A model generated the notes under the pieces. The model was not told the origin of the DNA and searched no databases. It saw nothing but the letters and a program-made list of their open reading frames with translations. Positions 47,727-54,427 of a stretch of DNA of 64,000 bases are shown one piece after another (the stretch's first letter is position 1; every line of letters begins with the position of its first letter). The stretch lies in NCBI GenBank assembly GCA_947085525.1, contig CAMTWU010000003.1:25866-89865 (forward strand), given 5' to 3'. Both the position numbers and the translations under genes were made by a program. This DNA is from an uncultured Candidatus Saccharibacteria bacterium (lineage in GTDB: Bacteria > Patescibacteriota > Saccharimonadia > Saccharimonadales > Saccharimonadaceae).

Positions 47727-49373
47727 ATGAATATATTTTTGAATCGAAAACAACATACAAACGGATTCGTACTGCCAACAGTGCTGGTACTCTCGGTAGT
47801 ACTAATGACGCTTGGACTGTCTGTATTCCAACTCACATCCAGTATTGCTCGTTCATTGACTGATCAATATTGGCAAAGACTTTCCAAACAAACTGCGCAG
47901 GCAGGAGTTTCGTATGTCTCAGCCTGTGTAGATCAAGGTTTGAGTCCCAGTACTTGGCCTGCATCTATTACACAAGACAACACATGTTTAGGGGCTTCAT
48001 TGGGGACCCAGGCTAGTGTCTTTACAAATAGTAGTGATACAAACCCGATACCAAATCCGTATAGATCAAATTTTACTATTTATAGACCAACCACTAGTGG
48101 CGACGGTATACCAAAAGCTCGAGTTGTCGGCTCTGTAAATATTCTCAACACAGCAGGGAGTACGATCAAGACATATACATACGAAATGCTTGCTATCGTG
48201 AATGGCCCCACTCAGGCATACACCCAAATAGTAGCAGGATACAAGCACACTTGTGGACTTACTGATGGCAAAGTATATTGTTGGGGTTCAAATGCAGTAG
48301 ACCCTCCGACAAATAACAACACGATCACGGGGCAATTAGGTATAGGTTCGGCAAGTACTAATGTAACAACTCCAAATCTGGTCGGCGGCCTATTATCTGG
48401 CAAATTTGTGACCTCAGTATCTGCGGGTAGGAACTTTACATGTGCCGTAGCTAACGGACAGGTATATTGCTGGGGAGCGAATGGCAGTGGGCAACTCGGT
48501 AATAATAGTACGACATCCAGCGCAGTACCTGTCTCGGCATACACAGGACAGCTGGTAAACAAACGGGTGACTGCGATTAGCGCTGGTACAGACTTTGCCT
48601 GTGCCGTAGCTAACGGACAGGTATATTGTTGGGGGAATGGTGCTAACGGACAGCATGGCAATAGCACAACAAACACTACCAGTACCCCTGATACTGCTGT
48701 CACTGGTATCACGAACGCAGACGCATTATCCGCTGGCGGTAACCATACCTGTGCACTCATGAACGGAACGCCATACTGTTGGGGAGGTGGTGCAAATGGG
48801 CAGCTCGGCAATGGTGCCACGCCAGCTACCCAATCGTCACCTGTAGCAGTAGCTATCGGAGGAGCATTTGTATATAAAATATATGCAAACAATACGTTTA
48901 CCTGCGCCCTTGCACTAACAGGTCTACCATATTGTTGGGGTAACAACAGTAATGGACAATTAGGAACCAATAACACTACTAGTTATGCAACAGCCCAGCC
49001 CGTGAACACAACCAATGTCGTTGGTCTCATTACAGACATGAGCTCATCGAGTTCGTCGGAGTACCACGCATGTCTGATGGCAAACGGCAATGCATTTTGT
49101 TGGGGAACAGGCTCGTCAGGTCAGCTCGGTAACAACGCGACAAGTCAAAACAACCGTCCAGTAGCAGTTGATACCTCAGGACTTTTGCCAACCAACAGAA
49201 CAATTACAAACATTACTACAGGTGGTATTCATACCTGTGCATTGGCCGAAGGTCAGCCTTATTGTTGGGGTAGCGGAGTCGCAGGTTCGTTAGGTAACGG
49301 TGTCGATAATGCATCGTGTGGATGTACTAACTCTCCAAACTCTGTACCAAAGAAAACAATCAACTCTTACTAG
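47727..49373 (+). CDS. PilX-like minor-pilin N-terminus fused to a seven-bladed RCC1-repeat propeller
   Basis: The N-terminus NGFVLPTVLVLSVVLMTLGLSVFQL...SKQTAQAGVSY resembles the PilX_N / pseudopilin hydrophobic segment and its A..AEAG motif. Seven (Y/F)CWG...GQ(L/H)GN or GSLGN blades follow. Confidence 0.7.
   Translation: MNIFLNRKQHTNGFVLPTVLVLSVVLMTLGLSVFQLTSSIARSLTDQYWQRLSKQTAQAGVSYVSACVDQGLSPSTWPASITQDNTCLGASLGTQASVFTNSSDTNPIPNPYRSNFTIYRPTTSGDGIPKARVVGSVNILNTAGSTIKTYTYEMLAIVNGPTQAYTQIVAGYKHTCGLTDGKVYCWGSNAVDPPTNNNTITGQLGIGSASTNVTTPNLVGGLLSGKFVTSVSAGRNFTCAVANGQVYCWGANGSGQLGNNSTTSSAVPVSAYTGQLVNKRVTAISAGTDFACAVANGQVYCWGNGANGQHGNSTTNTTSTPDTAVTGITNADALSAGGNHTCALMNGTPYCWGGGANGQLGNGATPATQSSPVAVAIGGAFVYKIYANNTFTCALALTGLPYCWGNNSNGQLGTNNTTSYATAQPVNTTNVVGLITDMSSSSSSEYHACLMANGNAFCWGTGSSGQLGNNATSQNNRPVAVDTSGLLPTNRTITNITTGGIHTCALAEGQPYCWGSGVAGSLGNGVDNASCGCTNSPNSVPKKTINSY
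48441..48469 (+). repeat. 29-nt perfect direct repeat, copy 1 (copy 2 at 48600-48628)
   Basis: tgtgccgtagctaacggacaggtatattg occurs twice, 159 nt (53 codons, one blade) apart. Each copy encodes CAVANGQVYCW. Confidence 0.9.
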
Positions 49374-49873
49374 GTGTTATAAACCAAACCGTATAGCGCG
49401 ATACCCGCAGCAACGCTGACGTTGAACGATTCTTTTTGCCCTTTCATTGGGATTTCTATCAGTTGATCGCACTTTTGTCGCAGTTCAGTACTGATACCAT
49501 CAACTTCTTCGCCCAGTACCAGGATGATTTTTTCAGGTGGCGTAAAGTCCGACAATTCAATTGCTGATTCATCCTGCTCCAAACCCACAATTTTATAACC
49601 ATGGGCTTTGAAAGCATCTAACGTACTAGCGATATGTGGAACGTGTGAAAATGGCACCGTTTTTTCAGCACCCAACGCCGTCTTTGATATATCTGCTGTT
49701 AATTTCTGCACAATATGAGGTAATCGGGTATCGGACTCAATCTCCGGATACGGTGTATAGCCGCTGAGGTACAGGTGCTGTACGCCGAAACCATCGCACG
49801 TGCGAAAGATCGAGCCCACGTTGTGAGCCGAGCGAACATTGTGCGCTACAACCGAGATTTGTATATCTGCCAT
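49370..49873 (-). CDS. SpoU/TrmH-family RNA 2'-O-methyltransferase
   Basis: The start is set at MADIQISVVAHNVRSAHNVGSIFRTCDGFG. The C-terminal SPOUT knot motif is IPMKGQKESFNVSVAAGIALY. The upstream 49 codons of the track ORF overlap the pilB promoter and start. Confidence 0.8.
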   Translation of the reverse strand: MADIQISVVAHNVRSAHNVGSIFRTCDGFGVQHLYLSGYTPYPEIESDTRLPHIVQKLTADISKTALGAEKTVPFSHVPHIASTLDAFKAHGYKIVGLEQDESAIELSDFTPPEKIILVLGEEVDGISTELRQKCDQLIEIPMKGQKESFNVSVAAGIALYGLVYNT

Positions 49874-49922
49874 AGTGCCAATATACCACAGTTTAATTAG
49901 TGTATAATAAACCGTAAGAACT

Positions 49923-51554
49923 ATGGATACTGACAATAAACAAGCAATTCGTTTTCGCGAAACTGACGAGGATGCTACCCAGAAACGGGCGGCATTAATT
50001 GGTATAGAATACCTAGACACTAGAGGTATTTCGGATGTATCGCCACTACTGACTGATGTGTTGACAGTCGAGCAGATGTATCAAGGTAAATTGATCCCCC
50101 TCAAAAAAGGCAATGATGCCGATCCGTATGTGTATGGTGTCACTAGTGATACCCCACAATCTCTCACGCAAAAGCTCAAAGCCGACTGGCAAGAGAAGGG
50201 TGTAAATACTAAATTCTTGCTCATCAGTAAAGCTGGTTACCGTGAATTTATGCAGCGCTTTGATCCACCAAAGGAAGTTGTCTATGACGATGTCGAAATC
50301 GCCAAGGATGGTGATAGTGACACGATCGAAGCAGTATCGCAAACTCTCGACAGTGTGAGAACTGACGATATTTTGGACTATTTGATTGATCAGGCAGATA
50401 GTTTGGGCGCCAGCGATATCCATATCGAAAACCAGCGCGAGAATGTTCGGGTGCGATTCCGAGTTGATGGGGCATTGCACTCGGTGGCTAATCTGACTCA
50501 CGAAAAATATCGTATTCTCAAAGCATCGCTAGCAACAAAGGCAAATATCTCGACTGCTTCAGCAGATGCTCAGAGTGGCAGTATGCAAAAGCAAGTTATG
50601 GCTAAAGGCGGAACAGTAGATCATTTCCTCAATATGCGTATCGAAACCGTCCCGACAGTATATGGCCAAGATGTGGTAATCCGTCTATTCAACTTTGACG
50701 AGACACTACTGGATCTCAACAATATTGGCGTCAATGAACGCGAACGAGCCCAGATAGATGAGATCGTTTCGCATCCGCGTGGCATGGTGTTGATGGTTGG
50801 TCCAACTGGTTCGGGAAAATCAACCACGCTCTATAGCATGATTAATGCTCTCAACACACCTGATCGCAAAGTCGTTACCCTAGAAGATCCTGTCGAATTC
50901 CGCATACCTGGTGTCAGTCAGATACCAGTCAATACAGGTGGTGGTCAAACTTTTGCCGACAAGTTGCGAGCAGTACTGCGACTAGACCCCGATATCGTCA
51001 TGGTCGGTGAGATTCGTGACAACGACACCGCTCGCACGACTATACAGGCGGCCATCACTGGTCACCTGGTATTATCAACATTTCATGCCGAAACAGCTAG
51101 TGCGGCATTTTCACGTATGATCGATATGATTGGTATTAATCCTATATTCTCAACCGCTATTCGTTTAGTGGTTGGACAACGTTTAGTACGTAAACTAGAC
51201 GAAAACAAAGAAGCCTACACGGCAGACGAGGCTACTAGCAAGTGGATACGAGATGTACTGAGTGATTTACCACCTGTTATAGAAAAACCTAACCTGGACG
51301 GTGAGATTACCTTGTACAAGCCGAAAGTCAGCGATGAATCACCATTTGGATACAAGGGCAGAGTGATTTTGATGGAGCAACTAGTTGTCGACGAAGAAAT
51401 CCAAAAATTCCTACGTGGTGAAATTGCTGATGCACACGCCGAGACTATCGAGAAAGCCGCCAAAGCTCAGGGTATGGTCACGATGATACAATCAGGAGTC
51501 CTGCGAGCACTCTCAGGCGAAACAACCCTCGAAGAAATTCACCGAGTACTTTAG
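49923..51554 (+). CDS. pilB: Type IV pilus / type II secretion assembly ATPase (GspE/PilB family)
   Basis: 543 aa with Walker A GPTGSGKSTT, the Asp box, Walker B DPDIVMVGEIRD and the His box TGHLVLSTFH. Confidence 0.9.
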   Translation: MDTDNKQAIRFRETDEDATQKRAALIGIEYLDTRGISDVSPLLTDVLTVEQMYQGKLIPLKKGNDADPYVYGVTSDTPQSLTQKLKADWQEKGVNTKFLLISKAGYREFMQRFDPPKEVVYDDVEIAKDGDSDTIEAVSQTLDSVRTDDILDYLIDQADSLGASDIHIENQRENVRVRFRVDGALHSVANLTHEKYRILKASLATKANISTASADAQSGSMQKQVMAKGGTVDHFLNMRIETVPTVYGQDVVIRLFNFDETLLDLNNIGVNERERAQIDEIVSHPRGMVLMVGPTGSGKSTTLYSMINALNTPDRKVVTLEDPVEFRIPGVSQIPVNTGGGQTFADKLRAVLRLDPDIVMVGEIRDNDTARTTIQAAITGHLVLSTFHAETASAAFSRMIDMIGINPIFSTAIRLVVGQRLVRKLDENKEAYTADEATSKWIRDVLSDLPPVIEKPNLDGEITLYKPKVSDESPFGYKGRVILMEQLVVDEEIQKFLRGEIADAHAETIEKAAKAQGMVTMIQSGVLRALSGETTLEEIHRVL

Positions 51555-52693
51555 ACAATAATTTTTGCGATAGCTGGGACTAATTGATCATTCATTACTG
51601 ACGGTATAATTTCATCTGGTGTCGGATTTTCGACTAGTTCTGCAATAGCTTGGGCTGCGGCGAGTTTATGCTCATCAGTAATCTGCTGCACATTGTTGTC
51701 TAGTGCGCCACGGAATATTCCAGGAAAGGCCAGGGCATTGTTGACTTGGTTCGGCAGGTCGCTCCGACCTGTCGCTATCACAGCCGCACCTGCAGCTTTT
51801 GCTTCATCGGGCATGATTTCTGGTGTTGGGTTGGCTAGTGCAAATATAATGGGCTGATCGTTCATAGATTTGACCATGTCGGTTGATAGCAATCCTGCGC
51901 GCGATACACCGACAAATATATCAGCCTCACGTATTGCCTCTGTTAAATCACCAGTTTGAGTGCTTGAAATAACGTTTTCATTGATAAGTTTTTGTTTCGT
52001 CTCATTGAGATCCTGGCGCTCATGCGAGATAATACCTTGGCTATCAACAGCCACAATTGTAATATATGGTGCATATAGTTTGACGAGTTTCATAACAGCA
52101 ACACCAGCTGCTCCGACACCACTGAACACAGCTCTAGAAGTATTCAAATTTTTACCAGTTACTTTAGTTGCATTGATGAGTCCTGCCAAAACCACAATTG
52201 CAGTACCATGTTGATCGTCGTGAAATATCGGAATATCTAGCTCAGCTTTTAGTTTTTCTTCTATCTCAAAACACTGTGGTGCCGCAAAATCTTCTAGATT
52301 AATCGCTCCAAAACTCGGTGCAATAGCTTTAATTGCAGCTACAGCTTCATCTGCCGAGTTAATATCTAGTGTAATCGGCACAGAATCAATATTTGCAAAG
52401 TGTTTAAATAACAGTGCTTTACCTTCCATAACAGGCATACTAGCTTTCGGCCCGATATTGCCCAAGCCCAGGACTGATGAGCCATCAGATATGACAGCTA
52501 CTAGATTATTAGTCCAGGTATATTCTTTTAGCTTTGTAGGGTCTTCGGCAATTGCTTTGCTGACCGCTGCCACACCAGGGGTATAATACGCGCTCAATTT
52601 ATCACGCGTTAGTTCCTCGTCGTCACGTAGTTTTGTGGTTATTTTGCCTTTGTATTTTTTGTGTAGTTCTAGCGCCAATTCATCAAAATTCAT
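51551..52693 (-). CDS. NAD(P)-dependent malic enzyme (short form)
   Basis: 380 aa with YTPGVA...GLGNIGP...FHDDQHGTAIV...GVGAAG motifs. It is convergent with pilB and the stop codons overlap. Confidence 0.9.
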   Translation of the reverse strand: MNFDELALELHKKYKGKITTKLRDDEELTRDKLSAYYTPGVAAVSKAIAEDPTKLKEYTWTNNLVAVISDGSSVLGLGNIGPKASMPVMEGKALLFKHFANIDSVPITLDINSADEAVAAIKAIAPSFGAINLEDFAAPQCFEIEEKLKAELDIPIFHDDQHGTAIVVLAGLINATKVTGKNLNTSRAVFSGVGAAGVAVMKLVKLYAPYITIVAVDSQGIISHERQDLNETKQKLINENVISSTQTGDLTEAIREADIFVGVSRAGLLSTDMVKSMNDQPIIFALANPTPEIMPDEAKAAGAAVIATGRSDLPNQVNNALAFPGIFRGALDNNVQQITDEHKLAAAQAIAELVENPTPDEIIPSVMNDQLVPAIAKIIV

Positions 52694-52712
52694 AATCCCA
52701 GTATATCACCTC

Positions 52713-52742
52713 TTGTATATCAGGGGTACTTTGTGGTACAAT
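52713..52742 (+). promoter_or_regulatory. Candidate promoter of rplS
   Basis: TTGTAT, an 18-nt spacer, then TACAAT, with TG two bases upstream of the -10. Confidence 0.45.
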
Positions 52743-52784
52743 TTGTAACTAACTGAGAAATAAAGTTTAAGAGAGATAAAGTAT

Positions 52785-53312
52785 ATGAGTTTTGCATTAA
52801 TCGACAAAGTCAACAAAGCGCAGATGAAGCCGTCTGTTGTTGATGCTCGTAGTGGTGACACAGTCAAAGTCCACCAAAAGATTAAAGAAGGTAACAAAGA
52901 ACGTATCCAGATATTTGAAGGCGTTGTTATCCGTACTGATCGCAAAAACAGCCACACTAGCCGTATCACTGTACGCAAAATCGCCAGTGGTGTTGGTGTC
53001 GAAAAAAGCTTTCTACTACACAGCCCATTAGTCGAAAAAGTCGAAATCGTTCGTCGTTCTAAAGTTCGCCGTAACTACCTCAGCTATTTGCGAGCTCGTA
53101 GCGGTAAGAGTGCTCGCCTAAAAGGTACTGATTTCGACCGCTTGGCAGTTAATGATGTACATGATCCTAAAGCCGAAGCTGAAGCCTTACGTTTGAAAGA
53201 AGAAGCTGCCAAGGCAGCAGCCGAAAAAGCCGAAGCAAAAGCCGCCGAGGAAGCTGAGCTTGCTGCAAAACAAGCAGAAGTCGAAGCTCGTCACAACGAG
53301 ACCAAAGAATAA
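52785..53312 (+). CDS. rplS: 50S ribosomal protein L19 with a C-terminal Ala/Glu/Lys-rich extension of about 60 aa
   Basis: The core GDTVKVHQKIKEGNKERIQIFEGVVI...RKIASGVGVEKSFLLHSP.VEKVEIVRR.KVRR is canonical bL19. Residues from about 115 to 175 are low-complexity (AEAEALRLKEEAAKAAAEKAEAKAAEEAELAAKQAE). Confidence 0.9.
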   Translation: MSFALIDKVNKAQMKPSVVDARSGDTVKVHQKIKEGNKERIQIFEGVVIRTDRKNSHTSRITVRKIASGVGVEKSFLLHSPLVEKVEIVRRSKVRRNYLSYLRARSGKSARLKGTDFDRLAVNDVHDPKAEAEALRLKEEAAKAAAEKAEAKAAEEAELAAKQAEVEARHNETKE

Positions 53313-53330
53313 AGCTCCTACACAAGAAAT

Positions 53331-53358
53331 AAAACCACTCTGTTCTGGGGTGGTTTTT
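53331..53358 (+). terminator. Rho-independent terminator of rplS
   Basis: AAAACCAC-tctgttctgg-GTGGTTTTT. Confidence 0.75.
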
Positions 53359-53380
53359 AGTTTAAAAAAAAAGAAGACCT

Positions 53381-53415
53381 CCCGGGTCGACACCAAATGA
53401 ATGGTGCCGCCCGGG
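53381..53415 (-). terminator. Hairpin plus U-run terminating the 54-codon minus-strand ORF
   Basis: CCCGGG..CACCA / TGGTG..CCCGGG, an imperfect stem of about 13 bp. On the minus strand it is followed by aggtcttc and then a T9 run (plus-strand A run 53364-53372). Confidence 0.5.
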
Positions 53416-53502
53416 TTAGGTCCGTCTTTGTGATCCAACTGCGCCGGAAAAACCGACTAGCCCTCCCGAGCTAGGATCTACAAAGGTGCGCGTCGCTGAG
53501 GA

Positions 53503-53667
53503 TCAGTCCGGGTTGAAGCCGGCGATGCCGCCGGTGGCGGAGTTGGCCTTGGTCGCGTTGCGCGCGTGCGTCGAGGAGGTCGTGCTGATCTGCATTTCGT
53601 TCTCAATTTCGGAGATGTTTCCGAGGGGTGTGCCGCGAGCCGCGGCGAGGGAATGCAGGTGCTTCAT
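53503..53667 (-). CDS. 54-aa ORF with extreme GC3 bias, unknown function (below the cutoff of the ORF track)
   Basis: MKHLHSLAAARGTPLGNISEIENEMQISTTSSTHARNATKANSATGGIAGFNPD. 47 of 54 codons end in G or C. The promoter is near-consensus and there is a downstream hairpin. The SD is weak. Confidence 0.45.
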   Translation of the reverse strand: MKHLHSLAAARGTPLGNISEIENEMQISTTSSTHARNATKANSATGGIAGFNPD

Positions 53668-53732
53668 ATAGATGAACCAACTTTCTCTACTCGTCTTTCA
53701 TTTCCACCAGGTGGTTACCTGATTTACATAGC

Positions 53733-53761
53733 ATAGTATCATATATTAAAAAACTTGTCAA
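53733..53761 (-). promoter_or_regulatory. Near-consensus sigma70 promoter driving the 54-codon ORF
   Basis: On the minus strand: TTGACA (53761-53756), a 17-nt spacer, then TACTAT (53738-53733). Confidence 0.6.
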
Positions 53762-53801
53762 CACTTTTGTCAAACTATTTTGAAACATAAAAATAGGCAA
53801 G

Positions 53802-53848
53802 AAAAAACCTTCGTGACGAGTGGTGCTTTTTAGGGCACCACTCGTCAC
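53802..53848 (-). terminator. Strong intrinsic terminator (perfect 14-bp stem) for a minus-strand transcript
   Basis: GTGACGAGTGGTGC (53813-53826), an 8-nt loop, then GCACCACTCGTCAC (53835-53848). On the minus strand it is followed by gaagg and TTTTTT (plus-strand A6 at 53802-53807). Confidence 0.7.
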
Positions 53849-54121
53849 AGATAACCAGGAGGGAGAAATCAGGTACCCGGAAAGTTACAGGAACTAGGCG
53901 GTCGTGTGATTTCAATTTTTACTGCAGGTACTGCATGCTGCCCTTTTGGGGACTCGTCATCAGTGCGTCCTTGGTTTACTACCCCAATTGAATGCGATGA
54001 ACCATCCAGGGTTCGAACTGCTATCGGGTAGGACTACTGCGCCTTCGTATAAGTTTTTTCTTGCCAGTGTTTGTATTGGTACTTCGAGACCTCTGCATCC
54101 ATGCATGTTTCTCGATTACTC
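53802..54121 (-). ncRNA. Candidate unclassified non-coding transcript of about 320 nt
   Basis: It is bounded by the promoter at 54156-54128 and the 14-bp-stem terminator. Internal hairpins include TCGAGA..TCTCGA, CTACCC..GGGTAG, GAACC..GGTTC and TGCAG-tac-CTGCA. The only ORFs are at most 49 codons and lack an SD. Confidence 0.35.
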
Positions 54122-54127
54122 ACTATC

Positions 54128-54156
54128 AGTATATTCCTCACGCTTACGCTTGTAAA
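54128..54156 (-). promoter_or_regulatory. Sigma70-type promoter of the candidate ncRNA
   Basis: On the minus strand: TTTACA (54156-54151), a 17-nt spacer, then TATACT (54133-54128). Confidence 0.55.
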
Positions 54157-54172
54157 CACTTTTTTGTATGAA

Positions 54173-54199
54173 ATACAAAAAACTACCATTTAGGTAGTT
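54173..54199 (-). terminator. AT-rich hairpin plus U-run ending the rightmost minus-strand unit
   Basis: On the minus strand: AACTACC-taaat-GGTAGTT, then TTTTT. A second hairpin, TTTTTTGTAT-ttc-ATACAAAAAA, abuts it. Confidence 0.5.
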
Positions 54200-54391
54200 T
54201 GAAAGATGTTTCTATAAAAATGAGACAAGGAAATTGTGCTGGTGGACGGTGCGTAAAGCGCCGCCCACCAGCTGCAACATGGATGTCGTCGACACAGGCG
54301 TGGTGTGTTCCTGGTCTCGACGCAATGAGTACGAACAGACGAGTGACAGTCCGTGTCATTGCTTCCATTTGTGCATCGTGTAGTAAGACTA

Positions 54392-54427
54392 CGCCACATG
54401 AGAACTATCCATAGCTCTCATGTGGCG
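54392..54427. repeat. Perfect 12-bp inverted repeat with a 12-nt loop
   Basis: CGCCACATGAGA-actatccatagc-TCTCATGTGGCG. No U-run follows on either strand. Confidence 0.9.

Noticed and set aside
48212-48976. A 254-aa minus-strand ORF, plus several others, lying antisense inside long genes. Examples are 32982-33551, 45103-45591, 57941-58423, 26345-26734, 12378-12809, 4783-5121 and 10638-10961.
   Set aside because: Each lies entirely within a gene that has clear family motifs on the other strand. They lack SD sequences and have odd compositions (Cys/Ser/Arg- or Pro-rich). They are typical shadow ORFs.
53503-53667. The 54-aa peptide as a RiPP precursor: a lasso peptide (GGIAGFNPD ring) or a double-glycine-leader bacteriocin.
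   Set aside because: There is no Cys, and no tail after the putative macrolactam ring. The sequence before GG does not fit LSxxELxxIxGG. No maturation, cyclase, protease or ABC export gene lies nearby. The idea is unsupported by the locus.
53849-53885. The strong SD-like AGGAGGGAG on the plus strand as the start of a plus-strand gene in the island.
   Set aside because: No ATG, GTG or TTG lies at a usable distance downstream, and the only plus-strand ORF nearby (53946-54155) is far away. On the minus strand the same bases form a CUCCCUCC anti-SD-like stretch within the candidate ncRNA.
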